DNA from: the human T2T-CHM13v2.0 reference genome, Homo sapiens | DNA: 64,000 bases | Assembly: GCA_009914755.4 (NCBI GenBank) | Contig: CP086569.2 | Span: forward strand, 2,688,001-2,752,000 | Reading direction: 5' to 3' | Part shown: positions 14,357-28,510 of the stretch, piece by piece | How positions within the stretch are numbered: position 1 is the stretch's first letter | How the letters are laid out: each line of letters begins with the position of its first letter | The notes under the pieces: model-generated | The model's input: the letters and a program-made list of their open reading frames with translations, nothing else | Databases searched by the model: none | Told to the model about the DNA's origin: nothing | Made by a program: the position numbers and the translations under genes

Positions 14357-16574
14357 AATTCATATTAGTTCTTCATTGAAGATTCAGTAACATTCATGGA
14401 TAAAACTTTCTGACCTTAGGATTTTTCTTGTGGGCATTGAATCACTGTCCTCACTTGTTATAGGTCTAGTGAGATTCCTGTTTATTCTTGAATTAGTTTC
14501 AGTAGTTTGTTTCTAAGAATTCATCCACTTCATCTAAATAATCTAAACTTTTGATACACCCACAATGTTCATATTATTCGCTTATGTAAGGTTAGTAGTA
14601 ATTATTTTTCTTTTATTTCAGATTCTAGTAATTTTAGTGTTCTCTTTTTTTTAGTTAAACTAGCTAATGGCTTACCAATTTTGTTCCTCTTTTGAAAGAA
14701 CCAGCTTTTGGTTTCATTAGGTTTCTTTATTGCTTTTCATTATCTATTTCCTCAATTTCCACTCTAATTTTTATTACTTCCTTTCTTCTGCATGCTTTTA
14801 GTTTATTCTGTTCCTTCTCCCCCCACTATCTTATAGTAGTAAATTCAATTGAATTGATTTTTTTCTTCTTTCTTAAAAAGGCAGTTACAAGTGTAAATTT
14901 ATATCTTTTATCATTACTTTTGCTGCATTGCATGAATCTGTGGTATGTTTTGTGTTTGTTTTAATTTATTTCAAAGTACTTTCTGATTTCTCTTTTGACT
15001 TCTTTTTGGAAGTCAATCCTGCAAACTTTTGGATTGTGTTTTAAATTTCTATATATTTGTGAGTTTCCCCCAACTTTTCCCGTTACTGATTTCATTTCAT
15101 TGTGTTTGGAGAACTCACGTTATGTTATTTCCATTTAACCTTACTTATGATTGCTTTGTGGCCTAGCTGTCATCTATACCAGAGAATGCTTAAGGTATAC
15201 ATGCGAAGGATATATATTTAGTTGTTTTTTAGGATGGCATATGTGTCAATATAGTACAGTTGACTTACAGTGTTGTACCAGTCTTCTGTTTTCTTGTTGG
15301 TCCTATCTGTTATTGAAAGAGTGGTTTTGAAGTCTCCCGTTATTATTGTTTAATTGTATAGTTCTGTCTTAAATTTTGCATTTTTACCTTATTTATTTTT
15401 GTACTGTGTTAAGTGCATACGTGTTTATAATTATTATATTTTTCTTTGGGCTTCTCTAATTTCTTAACAATTTCCCCTGTTATATATAATGATGTTTTTG
15501 TTTTAGATGCCTTTTTTTGTCTTATATTAGTTATAGCCAGTTCATCTTTATTGTGGTTGCTATTTGCATGATACATATTTTTTTCATTATTTTACTTGAA
15601 GTATATATGTTTTTGAATTTAAATTGTGTCTCTTCTCTCATGTCTTTTGTTCTTCTATTTTTGCTATTTTATTTTGTATTGAAATAATATTTTCTAATAA
15701 AGAATTTTAATTGTATTATTTTTCTTTCCTTTTTTTGATTGCTTTGAAAGGCAGCATTTATTTATGTGGCTATGTTCTGAGAACTATGAAACAAATAATT
15801 TCATTATATTGTATCACAATTCATACCATTTTTCCTGTATTTATGATAGGAAAATATGACATGAAGCATGGTGTATACTTAATGTCTCATTTGTTTTACA
15901 AACTAAGAAGTGACAAAGGAAATTAACCCCCAAAATTACAGACATTAGAGGTCTACTCTGCTGCTTATTGTCACATGGTAACTACTTGTGTAGAATCATA
16001 TGGAGTTTTAAAATCTTTTATTTGTTTATTTATTATTATAGGGTACATGTGCACAACATGCAGGTTTGATACATAGGTATACGTGTGCCATGTTGGTTTG
16101 TTGTACCCATGAACTCATCATTTATGTTAGGTATTTCTCCTAATGCTGTACCTTCCCCAGCCTCCGACCCTTGACAGGCCCCAGTGTGTGATGTTCTCTG
16201 CCCTGTGTCCAAGTGTTCTCATTGTTCAATTCCCACCTTTGAGTGAGAACATGCGGTGTTTGGCTTTCTGTCCTTGTGATAGTTTGCTGAGAATGATGGT
16301 TTCCAGCTTCATCCATGTCCCTGCAAAGGACATGAACTCATCCTTTTTAATGACTGCATAGTATTTCAGAGTGTGTGTGCCATGTTTTCTTAATTCAGTC
16401 TATCATTGATGGACATTTGTGTTGGTTCCAAATCTTTGCTATTGTGAATAGTGCCACAATAAACATACGTGTACATGTGTCTTTATAGTAGCATGATTTA
16501 TAATCATTTGGGTGCATACACAGTAATGGGATTGCTGGGGCAAATGGTAATTCTAGTTCTAGATCCTTGAGGAA

Positions 16575-17084
16575 TCACCACACTGTCTTCCACAATGGTT
16601 GAACCAATTTACACTCCCACCAACTGTGTAAAAGCATTCCTGTTTCTCCACATCTTCTCCAGCACCTGTTGTTTCCTGACTTTTTAATGACTGACCTTCT
16701 AACTGGCATCAGATGGTATCTCATTGTGGTTTTGATTTGCATTTCTCTGATGACCAGTGATGATGAGCATTTTCTCATGTGCCTGTTGGCTGCATAAATG
16801 TCTTCTTCTGAGAAGTGTCTGTTCATATTCTTAACCCACTTTTTGATGGGGTTGTTTGCTTTTTCCTTGTAAATTTGTTTGGGTTCTTTGCAGATTCTGG
16901 GTATTAGCCCTTTGTCAGATTGGTGGATTGTAAAAATTTTCTCCCATTCTGTAGGTTGCCTGTTCACTCTGATGGTAGTTTCTTTTGCTGTGCAGAAGCT
17001 CTTTAGTTCAATTAGATCCCATTTGTCAATTTTGGCTTTTGTTGCCATTGCTTGGGGTGTATTAGACATGAAGTCCTTGCCCAT
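16575..17084 (-). pseudogene. L1 ORF2 C-terminal remnant (169 aa)
   Basis: Translation: ...[24 protein letters not shown] ... [31 protein letters not shown]. This matches the L1 ORF2p cysteine-rich C-terminus. Confidence 0.9.
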
Positions 17085-17430
17085 GCCTATGTCCTGAATG
17101 GTATTGCCTAGGTTTTCTTCTAGGGTTTTTATGGTTTTAGGTCTAACATTTAAGTCTTTAATCCATCTTGAATTAATTTTTGTATAAGGTGTAAGGAAGG
17201 GATCCAGTTTCAGCTTTCTACATATGGCTAGTCAGTTTTCCCAGCACCATTTATTAAATAGGGAATTCTTTCCCCATTGCTTGTTTTTGTCAGGTTTGTC
17301 AATGATCAGATGGTTGTAGATATGTGGCATTATTTCTGAGGGCTCTGTTCTGTTCCATTGGTCTATATCTCTGTTTTGGTACCAGTACCATGCTGTTTTG
17401 GTTACTGTAGCCTTGTAGTATCGTTTGAAG

Positions 17431-18279
<849 letters not shown>

Positions 18280-18447
18280 TCATTTGTTCTGTTTATATGA
18301 TGGATTATGTTTATTGATTTGCATATGTTGAACCAGCCTTGCATCCCAGGGATGAAGCCCACTTGATCATGGTGGATAAGCTTTTTGATGTGCTGCTGGA
18401 TTGCTTTGCCAGTATGTTATTGAGGATTTTTGCATTGATGCTCATCA

Positions 18448-18600
<153 letters not shown>

Positions 18601-18960
18601 TTACCTCTGGTAGAATTCGGCTGTGAATCCGTCTGGTCCTGGACTTGTTTTTGTTGGCAAGCTATTAGTTATTGCCTCAATTTCAGAGCCTGTTATTGGT
18701 CTATTCAGAGATTCAATTTCTTCCTGGTTTAGTCTTGGGAGGGGGTATGTGTGGAGGAATTCATCTGTTTCTTCTAGATTTTCTAGTTTATTTGCATAGA
18801 CGTGTTTATAGTATTCTCTGATGGTAGTTTGTATTTCTGTGGGATCAGTGGTGGTATCCCCTTTATCATTTTTTATTGCGTCCATTTGATTCTTCTCTCT
18901 TTTCTTCTTTACTAATCTTGCTAGCAGTCTATCAATTTTGTTGATCTTTTCAAAAAATCA

Positions 18961-19344
<384 letters not shown>

Positions 19345-19589
19345 CTAATTTGATTGCACTGTGGTCTGAGAGACAGTTTGCTGTAATTTGAGTTCTTTTA
19401 CATTTGCTGAGGAGTGCTTTACTTCCAACTATGTGGTCAATTTCAGAATAGGTGTGGTGCTGAGAAGAATGTATATTCTGTTGATTTGGGGTGAAGAGTT
19501 CTGTAGATAGATGTCTATTAGGTCTGCTTGGTATAGAGCTGAGTTCAATTCCTGGATATCCTTGTTAACTTTCTGTCTCATTGATCTGT

Positions 19590-20078
19590 CTAATGTTGAC
19601 AGTAGGGTGTTAAAAAGTCTCCCATTATTATTGTGTGGGAGTCTAAGTCTCTTTGTAGGTCTCTAAGGACTTGCTTTATGAATCTGGGTGCTCCTGTATT
19701 GGGTGCATATATATTTAGGATAATTTGCTCTTTTTGTTGAATTGATCCCTTTCCCATTATGTAATGGCCTTCTTTGTCTCTTTTGATCTTTGTTGGTTTA
19801 AAGTCTGTTTTATCAGAGACTAGGATAGCAACCCCTGCCTTTTTTTGTTTTCCATTTGCTTGGTAGATCTTCCTCCATCCCTTTATTTTGAGCCTATGTG
19901 TGTCTCTGCACGTGAGATGGGTTTCCTGAATACAGCACACTGATAGGTCTTGATTCTTTATCCAATTTGCCTGTCTGTGTCTTTTAATTGGAGCATTTAG
20001 CCCATTTACATTTAAGGTTAATATTGTATGTGTGAATTTGATCCTGTCATTATGACGTTCGCTGGTTATTTTGCTCAT
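19590..20078 (-). pseudogene. L1 ORF2 N-terminal endonuclease domain remnant (162 aa)
   Basis: Translation: ...ILTLNVNGLNAPIKRHRQANWIKNQDLSVCCIQETHLTCRDTHRLKIKGWRKIYQANGKQKKAGVAILVSDKTDFKPTKIKRDKEGHYIM... Confidence 0.93.
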
Positions 20079-20262
20079 TAGTTAATGCAGTTTCTTCCTA
20101 GCCTCGATGGTCTTTACAGTTTGGCATGTTTTTGCAGTGGCTGGTACCAGTTGTTCCTTTCCATGTTTAGTGCTTCCTTCAGGAGCTCTTTTAGGGCAGG
20201 CCTGCTGGTGACAAAATCTCTCAGCATTTGCTTGTCTGTAAAGGATTTTATTTCTCTTTCAC

Positions 20263-20769
20263 TTATGAGCTTAGTTTGGCTGGATATGAAATTCTGGGTT
20301 GAAAATTCCTTTCTTTAAGAACGTTGAATATTGGCCCCCACTCTGTTCTGACTTGTAGAGTTTCTGCCGAGAGATCAGCTGTTAGTCTGAGGGGCTTTGC
20401 TTTGTGGGTAACCTGACCTTTCTCTCTGGCTGCCCTTAACCTTTTTTCCTTCATTTCAACTTTGGTGAATCTGACAATTATGTGTCTTGGAGTTGCTCTT
20501 CTCGAGGAGTATCTTTGTGGTGTTCTCTGTATTTCCTGAATTTGAATGTTGGCCTGCCTTGCTAGATTGGGGAAGTTCTCCTGGATAATATCCTGTAGAG
20601 TGTTTTCCAACTTGGTTCCATTCTCCCTGTCACTTTCAGATACACCAATCAGACATAGATTTGGTCTTTTCACATAGTCCCATATTTCTTGGAGGCTTTG
20701 TTTGTTTCTTTTTATTCCTTTTTCTCTAAACTTCTCTTCTCTCTTCATTTCATTCATTTGATTTTCCAT
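20263..20769 (-). pseudogene. L1 ORF1 remnant, C-terminal half only (168 aa vs about 338 aa intact)
   Basis: Translation: MENQMNEMKREEKFREKGIKRNKQSLQEIWDYVKRPNLCLIGVSESDRENGTKLENTLQDIIQENFPNLARQANIQIQEIQRTPQRYSSRRATPRHIIVRFTKVEMKEKRLRAAREKGQVTHKAKPLRLTADLSAETLQVRTEWGPIFNVLKERNFQPRISYPAKLS. Close to L1PA-family ORF1p. The N-terminal part lies in a different frame (20983..21183: ...KNQNRKTENSKNQSATPPPKEHSSSPATEQSWMENDFNELTEEGFR). Confidence 0.93.
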
Positions 20770-22156
20770 TACTGATACCTTTTCTTCCAGTTGATCAAAT
20801 CAGCTACTGAGGCTTGTGCTTTCATCACGTAGGTCTTGTGCCATGGGTTTCAGCTCCCTCAGGTCCTTTAAGGACTTCTCTGCATTGGTTATTCTAGTTA
20901 GCCATTCATCTAATGTTTTTTCAAGGTTTTTAACTTCTTTGCCATGGGTTTGAACTTCCTCCTTTAGCTCAGAGAAGTTTGATCATCTGAAGCCTTCTTC
21001 TGTTAACTCGTTAAAGTCATTCTCCATCCAGCTTTGTTCCGTTGCTGGTGAGGAGCTGTGTTCCTTTGGAGGAGGAGTGGCGCTCTGATTTTTAGAATTT
21101 TCAGTTTTTCTGTTCTGATTTTTCCCCACCTTTGCAGTTTTATCTACCTTTGGTCTTTGATGATGGTGACGTACAGATGCCATTTTGGTGTGGATGTCCT
21201 TTCATTATGTTAGTTTTCCTTCTAACAGTCAGGACCCTTAGCCACAGGTATGTTGGAGTTTGCCAGAGGTCCACTCCAGACGCTGTTTGCCTGGGTATCA
21301 GCAGTGGAGGCTGCAGAACAGCGATTATTGGTGAACAGCAAATGTTGCTGCCTGATCATTCCTCCGGAAATTTTGTCTCAGAGGAGTACCTGGCCGTGTA
21401 AGGTGTCAGTCTGCCCCTACTTGGGGGTGCCTTCCAGTTAGGCTACTCAGGGGTCAGGGACCCAGTTGAGAAGGCCGTCTGTCTGTTCTCATATCTCAAG
21501 CTGCATGTTGGGAGAACCACTACTCTCTTCCAAGCTGTCAGACAGGGCCATTTAAGTCTGCAGAGGTTTCTGCTGCCTTTTGTTTGGCTATGCCCTGCCC
21601 CCAGAGGTGGAGTCTACAGAGGCAGGCAGGCCTCCTTGAGCTGTGGTGGGCTCCACCCAGTTCGAGCTTCCCAGCCACTTTGTTTACCTACTCAAGCCTT
21701 GGCAATGGTGGGCCCCCCTCCTGCAGCCTTGCTGCTGCCTTGCAGTTTGATCTCAGACTGCTGTGCTAGCAATGAGTGAGGCTCCGTGGGCATAGGACCC
21801 TCTGAACAAGGTGCAGGATCTAATCTCCTGGTGTGCCATTTGCTTAGATCATCAGAAAAGCGCAGTATTAGGGTGGGAGTGACCCGATTTTCCAGGTGCT
21901 GTCTGTTACCCCTTTCTTTGGCTAGAAAAGGGAATTCCCTGACCTCTTATGCTTCCTGGGTGAGGCGATGCCTCGCCCTTCTTTGGTTCATGCTTGGTGC
22001 ACTGCACCCACTGTCCTGCACCCATTGTCCGACAATCCCCAATGAGATGAACCTGGTACCTCAGTTGGAAATGCAGAAATCATTCATCTTTTGGGTCGCT
22101 CACACTGGGAGCTGTAGACTGGAGCTGTTCCCAATCGGCCATCTTGGCTAGACTCC

Positions 22157-24327
22157 CGTAACTCATTATTTTAAGCTAGGAAAAACTTAACCCTGTTTTT
22201 ATAGACTAACTAATAAGCTAAAAGAAAATTCATAAAAATTCAACACTGTAACTTCATCTATCCGCTTCATAACTTGTTATTGTTTCTATTTATATCTTGG
22301 GCTAAATCTTGAGAAATTGTTTTAGTTATAATTTTTGAATTATTTGTCTTTTAGTCTTTGTGCTTTAAGTGTAGTTTACCCCCTGCAACTACAGCATTAT
22401 ACTATTCTGTGTTTTTTTTTGTACTTACTGTCTCTAATGAGCTTTGTTTCTGTAGATGACTTCTTATTGCTCTTTCGTGGCGTTTTGTTTCTGATTGAAG
22501 AACTGCTGTATTAGCATTTTTTATAGGACAGGTCTGGTGTTGATGCACTCTGCCAGCTTTCATTAATCTGGTAATTTCTTTATTTCTTCTTCATGTTTGA
22601 AGGATACCTTTGTCTGATATACTATTCTAGGATAAAAGTTTTTTTACTTGAACACATTAAATATCTCATGCGCCTCTCATGGCCTATAAGGTTTCCACTG
22701 AAAAGTCTGCTGCCAGAGGTATTGGAGCTACATTGTATGTTATTTGTTTCTAATCTCTTGTTGTTTTTAGGATCCTTTCTTTATCCTTGACCTTTGGGAG
22801 TTTGGTTATTAAATGCCTACAAGTAGTCTTCTTTGCATTAAATTTGCTTGATGTTATATAACTTTCTTGTAGTTGGATATTAATATCTTTCTCTAGGTTT
22901 GCAAAGTTCTCTATTATTAACCTTTTGAATAAACTTTCCACTCCCTCTCTGTCTCCTCTTTTTAAGGCTAACAAGGCTTAGATTTGACTTTTTGAGATTG
23001 TTTTTTCCTAGATCTTGTTGGCATGCTTCATTATTTTTTATTCTTTTGTCTTCATTTACTGTGTATTTTCAAGTAGCCTGTCTTCAAGTTTATAATTTTT
23101 TCTTTCATTTGATCATTTCTCCTGGTAAGAGACTTTGATGCATCTTTCAGTATGTCAGTTATAGTTTCAACTTCATAGTTTCTGTTTGATGCTTTTTAAT
23201 TATTTCAGTCTCTTTGTTAAATGTTACCTGATATAATTCTATATTTCTTTTCTGTTATCTTTAATTTCTTTAAATTTCCTCAAAATGGCTATTTTGAATT
23301 CCATGTCTGAAAGGTCACATATCTCTGTTTTTTTCAGGTGTGATCCTTGTGGCCTTATATTATTAGTTCATTTGGTGAGTTCATATTTTCCTGGTTCATC
23401 TTGATTTGTCTGTGTCTGGGCATTGAAGAGTTAGGTATTTATTGCAGTCTGGACTTGTTTGTGTTTGTCCTTCTTGGGAAGGGTTTCCAGGTATTCAAAA
23501 GTTCTTTGGGTTCGGGATCTAAGCCATATTTGTGTTAGACACAACCCCGTGCTCAGTAATGCTGTTGTTGGTGCAGACTCACAGAGGTCCTACTACCTTG
23601 ATGATGTTGGATAAGATCCAGAAAAATTATCTCAGTTACCAGCAGAAACTCTTGTGCTCTTTCTTTACTTTCTCCCAAATAAATGGAGTCCCTCTCTCTA
23701 TGCTGAGCCACCTATTGTTGGGGGTGGGGTGACACCACTTCTCTGTGGCCACTGCCACTGAGAGTGATCTGGGTCAGACCTGAAGCCAGCACAGCACTGA
23801 GTCTCACCTAAGTCCTGCTGTAACTGCTACTTTGTTTCTGTCTGTGTTCACTCAAGGCCCTAGGCCTCTACAATCTTTAGGTGGCAAAGCCAGTCATGCT
23901 TATATCCTTCCCTAAAGGGCAACGAATTCCTCCTGGCTCCTGGTGGGTCCGGAGATGCCATGCAGGAGCCAGGGACTGGAGTAAGAAAGCTTACATGCCA
24001 ACCTTGCATTCTCCTCTACTGTAGCTGAACTGGCCCTCAAACCATAGCACATTCTTTCTCACTCTTCCCTGTGCTTTCCATAGGCAGAGGTTCTTCATTC
24101 CATGGCTAACATCATCACAGCTCTTGGATCTCCAGTAAGCTTGTGATGAATGCTGCCAGGTCTGCAACTTACTCTTCAGGGAAGAGGGCTCCCTTGTGGC
24201 CCAGGGCAGGTCCAGAAATGCTAAGAGCCATGACCCAGAATTGGAAACACCAACAGCCCAGCTTGGTGCTCTACACCACTGTGCCAAGCTATTACCTAAG
24301 CTGCAAGAAAAAGTCCCCTTTACTTTT
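22157..24327 (-). mobile_element. Older LINE-1 (L1PB/L1MA-like), ORF1 plus 5' UTR portion, continuing the element at 13200-16014
   Basis: Minus ORF 22750..22974 (...IIENFANLEKDINIQLQESYITSSKFNAKKTTCRHLITKLPKVKDKERILKTTRD) resembles L1 ORF1p (IIQENFPNLARQANIQIQEIQRTPQRYSSRRATPRHIIVRFTKVEMKEK). Downstream on the minus strand, ...RIVYQTKVSFKHEEEIKK resembles ORF1p RISYPAKLSFISEGEIKYF. Confidence 0.7.
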
Positions 24328-24527
24328 CCCTCCCCTCCCCTCCACTCACTTCCCTCCTTCCTTCCTTCCTTCCTTCCTTCCTTCCTTCCTTCCTTCCTTC
24401 CTTCCTTCCTTCCTTTCTCTTTCCCTCCCTCCCTCCTTTCTCTCTCTCTTTCTTTCCTTGTTTCTTCTTTCTCTCTCTCTCTTTCTTCCTTTCTTCTTTT
24501 CATTTCTTCTTTTCTTCTTTCTTTCTT
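24328..24527. repeat. Polypyrimidine/polypurine microsatellite: (CCTT)n = (GGAA)n core of about 15 perfect units, then degenerate (CTTT)/(CTCT)/(TTTC) units. About 200 bp, nearly 100% pyrimidine on the + strand.
   Basis: tccctcccctcccctccactcacttccctccttccttccttccttcc...ccttcctttctctttccctccctccc...tttcttctttctttcttgac. Sits immediately at the tail side of the antisense Alu at 24528. Confidence 0.95.
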
Positions 24528-24662
24528 GACAGAGGGTTGCTCTGTTGCCCAGGCTGAATGCAGTGGCATCATCTCAGCTCACGGCAACCTCTGCATCTTG
24601 GGTTCAAGTGATTCTCCTGCCTCAGCCTCTCAGGTAGCTGATATTATAGGCATGCACCACCA
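24528..24662 (-). mobile_element. Alu SINE, partial (3' half), - strand, tail replaced by the (CCTT)n tract
   Basis: gacagagggttgctctgttgcccaggctgaatgcagtggcatcatctcagctcacggcaacctctgcatcttgggttcaagtgattctcctgcctcagcctctcaggtagctgatattataggcatgcaccacca. Confidence 0.85.
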
Positions 24663-26957
24663 TATAGTATGATGTACACTTGAACCATTGAGTGAATGGC
24701 TATTAATAACTCCTAAATGAATGGGGAGAAATTATGTTTTCCCACTTTACATCACAAGAGAATATAAATTATCCCATGTGATGGAAATGCAGACTTTGAA
24801 ATCCAGCAAATATTTGGTAAGCTAGCACTAAATTTAGAGCTCAGATGCCAACAAAGACTCAGAAAATCCATGTATTTTATCAGTTGTTTTCCAAAAACTG
24901 ATAGTGACACATACTTTTAACGTAGCTAAATGATAATTGTGTAACAAAAAAACTCTATTAATAATTTTTAAATTACAATACTTCCAAAAGTACATATGTC
25001 TGAAACCCAAGGTGGACTTATAATATAGGAGTTGTTCAAACAGGATTTGTTGATTCTGATGAAGGCAGTAGCACATAAAATACAAATACTACTGTCATTC
25101 TTTAGTAAGTGCATATAATTACAAGAAGGTATCCTAGATTATTCTTTCTATTTTTGTCAACATGACATATACATTATAACATTTTGGAAGTTTGTTATAT
25201 AGGGAGGGGATGATTTGGTTTCTGGTGACTTGGCTTTTAATGGTGAAATTAATAAAACATCAATCTTGGATTAACCTTGTTTTAGTCCCTTTATGCTGCT
25301 TCAACAAAATACCACAGAATGGGTAATCTATAAACAAAAATTGATTGTTCACAGTTTTAGAGGGTGGAAGTCCAAGGTCAAGGTGCTAGAAATTTGGTCT
25401 CTGTGTCAAAGATGGTATCTTGTTGCTGGATCATGGCCAAGAAGCCCCAAATCCCCCATTCCAAACCCTCAAAACTTTATTCAAGCCAGCTAATAAGCCT
25501 ACCAATCTGTCTTAAAGTTATTGACACTTCCCCAAAAATAAATAAAAGGAGACTCAGAGAAGAAAAGGCAAAAGATAATTTTCAAAAAGCACATGGATAT
25601 GTGTTTCCCAAGCAGTATGCAATAAAATAGCTATTTGTTATAATTTCCACATGGTAATTGCAGTCACACAACTGAGTATATACACATATTAACAAGATTG
25701 TCCCACTGTACTTAGTTGTCTCATCACCATTATCAAAAGGAATGCCCTTGAGACTCCATATGTATCAATATGTCAAACTACTGTTAGTCAAAAACAAACT
25801 TATCAAACCTACATAAAGTAAGACCAGTAAAGTAAAAGAAAGGGGATGTAGCAGAAGGAGATGAGGAGGAAAAGGTTCTTAAGTTCGTATCTATAGTAAC
25901 ATCCTGTTTTCCTATGGCTAATCTTTTTACTTACATTGTTGAAAAATTAACATATTCACATGGGTCAAAAATAAAAAGATAAAAGTCTGCCATTCCTATC
26001 CCTAACTTCACAGTCTCCATAACAATCTACAAACATTTTTTTACCAGTTCCTTAACTGTCCTACTATACTTTATGCATCTGTAAGCAAGTCTGAATGTAG
26101 TTTCTTATTTCCTGTTCATGCATTACACATAAGATTAGACTTACACTCCTAAATTAAGCAAGCAGGTCATATTACACACTTGCACATTACCTGACTGGCC
26201 CCCCGCATTGGGTTTTCTTCTCTCTCTCCTCTTGACCAGTAGCCATCAGGCAAAGTTTGTGTTATGCATGCCAATAATAAAAATCATATTTAGCTGGTTT
26301 AAATATGGTTTGAATATGGTCAGTTCTTCCCACCAAAACTCTTGGAAATTTGAACCCCAGTGTTGGAGGTGGGACATAATGGGAAAGGTTTGGGTCATGA
26401 CAATAGATCCCTTATGAATGGTTTGGTCCTGTTCTTGCAGTTGTAAGTTCTTACCCTTGTTTCACAAGATTAGTTTTTTGTAGAAACAGATTTGTTAAGC
26501 TGAAACACTCCTTGGGATTTGCCTCTTTACACTCCCTGTTTGACCTCTACAATCTCATAATGCTGCACAAAGCCCTCTTCTGAAGCTGAGATACCAGAGC
26601 AAGCCTTCATGAACAGCCTGCGGAACCATGAGCCAAAAAACCCCCACACCTATTTTCTTAACAAACTACCCAGTCTAGAGTATTCTTTTATGACAGTATT
26701 AAGTGGATGAAGACAGATGTGTAGAGTACAGCTTACTTTGTTTAATCCTTAACACAACCCCTTAATGCACTCAATTTTTATATGAATAAACTGAAAGTCA
26801 AAGAGTTTACAAAACTTGCCCAAGATGTGCTGCTAAATGAGGACCAGCTGGTCTATAGGACTGACAGCATGTTTGAAAATATAAAAATATGAGTCTTTGT
26901 ACAACTTGCAGGGAAATAGGTAATAAATGAATAAAGTTTATCAGTTTTAATATTTCT

Positions 26958-27255
26958 TTTTCTTTTCTTTTTTTTTTTTTTTGAGATGGAGTCTTGCTCT
27001 GTCACCCAGGCTGGAGTGCAGTGGCACAATCTCAGCTCATTGAAACATCCACCTCCCAGGTTCAGGTGATTCTTTTTCCTTCAGCCTCCTGAGTAGCTCA
27101 GATTATGGATGTCTGCCCCCATGCGTGGCTAATTTTTTTTGTATTTTTAGTAGATATGGTGTTTTACATGTTGGCCAGGCTGGTTTTTGAACTCCTGACT
27201 TCAAGTGATCCATCTGCCTCAGACTCTGAAAGTGCTGGGATTATAGGTGTGACCC
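26958..27255 (-). mobile_element. Alu SINE, full length, - strand
   Basis: ttttttttttttgagatggagtcttgctctgtcacccaggctggagtgcagtggcacaatctcagctcattg ... ctgaaagtgctgggattataggtgtgacccaccc. Confidence 0.9.
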
Positions 27256-27439
27256 ACCCCAACTGTCTAGTATTAGTTTCTAGCACCCGTTTTTTTTAAC
27301 TTCAGCACCTCCAAAGTCACATTTCTGCTAGCTTTGGGTACAAAATGGTTCTCACTCTTGGTTATATATTGAAATCTCCAGGACAGCATAAGATACACAG
27401 ACACTGGGGCCTACTTCAGAATGCAGGGTGAGAGGAGAG

Positions 27440-28510
27440 TGACGGTAAAAAACTGTCTATTGGTTCCTACACTGATTACCTAAATGATGAAAAAATCTGT
27501 ACACCAAAACACTGAAACACCCAATTTACCTATTTAACAAACCTATACTTGGACCCATAAAGCTAAAATAAAAGTGAAAAAAATGGCAAGCAACAGGCAT
27601 ATGAAAAGGTGCTCAACATGATTGATCACCAGAGAAATACAAATCAAAACTACAGTAAGATATCATCTCGCCCTGGTTAAAATATATCCAAAAGACAGGC
27701 AATAACAAACACTGGCAAGGATGTGTAGAAAAGAGAATCCTTGTACACTGTTGGTGGGAATGTAAGTTAGTGCATCCACTATGGAGAACACTTTGGAGGT
27801 TTCTCAGAAACCTAAAAATAGAGCACCATATACTACAGCAATCCTACTGCTGGGTATATACCCAAAGAATGGAAATCAGTATATTGAAGAGTATCTGCAT
27901 CCCTGCATCCGTATGTTTTTCACAGCACTATTACAATGGCCAAGATTTGGAAGCAACCTAAGAGTTCATCAGCAAATGAATGAATAAAGAAAAGCTGGTA
28001 CATATACACAGTGGAATATTATTCAGCTATTAAAGAGAATGAGATCCAGTCATTTGCACTAAAGTCAATGGAACTGGAGATCATTCTGTTAAGTGAAATA
28101 AGCCAGGCACAGAAAGGCAAAATTTATATGTTCTTATTCATTTGTGGGAGCTAACAATCAAAACAATTCAACTCATGGAGGGAGTAAAATGATGGTTACC
28201 AGAGGCTGGGAGGGGTAGTAGAGAGCTTGTGTGGTGGGGAGTTGTGGATGATTAATTGATTAAAAAATTTAGAAAGAATGAATAAGACCTAGAGCTTGCT
28301 AACACAAGGTGACTATAGTCAAAAATAATTTAATCATACATTTTGCAACAACCAAGAGTGTAATTGAATTGTTCTTAACAAATGGATAAATGCTTTAAGT
28401 AATGAATACTCCATTTATCCTGATTTGATAATTATGCTTTGCATGCCTGCATCAAACCGTCTCATGTACTCCATAAATATATATATCTACTATGCACCCA
28501 CAAAAATTAA
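27440..28510 (+). mobile_element. LINE-1 3' end fragment (ORF2 C-terminus plus 3' UTR, older L1PB/L1MA-like), + strand
   Basis: + ORFs 27770..27961 ([32 protein letters not shown]...) and 27781..27987 (...[49 protein letters not shown]) match the L1 ORF2p C-terminus ([14 protein letters not shown]..., AIPLLGIYPKE..., FIAALFTIAKTWKQPKCPS..DEW). The 3' UTR text follows to about 28510. Confidence 0.85.

Larger units (their letters stand above)
13200..16014 (-). mobile_element. Older LINE-1 (L1PB/L1MA-like), ORF2-region portion. 3' part of the element into which the L1PA at 16015-22156 is nested. Interrupted by two Alus.
   Basis: L1 antisense text throughout, e.g. ttaaactagctaatggcttaccaattttgttcctcttttgaaagaaccagcttttggtttcattaggtttctttattgc at 14660, and gccaaacttgcttgcccaagataaatccctgtttgtcatggtggttaatatgtatgttgctg at 13520. 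It continues past the L1PA insertion at 22157. Confidence 0.75.

Noticed and set aside
24328-24527. Possibility that the regular 4-bp periodic tract is a CRISPR-like array or a satellite
   Set aside because: The unit is 4 bp with no spacers. It is pure microsatellite attached to an Alu tail. CRISPR is in any case irrelevant in primate nuclear DNA.
23991-24672. Three long overlapping ORFs (193 aa on the minus strand; 128 aa and 158 aa on the plus strand) that look like charged or Ser/Phe/Leu-rich proteins
   Set aside because: They are translations of the (CCTT)n/(GGAA)n microsatellite in different frames (KEGR repeats on one strand, SFLP repeats on the other). No start or stop context of a gene. 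They run on into Alu sequence.
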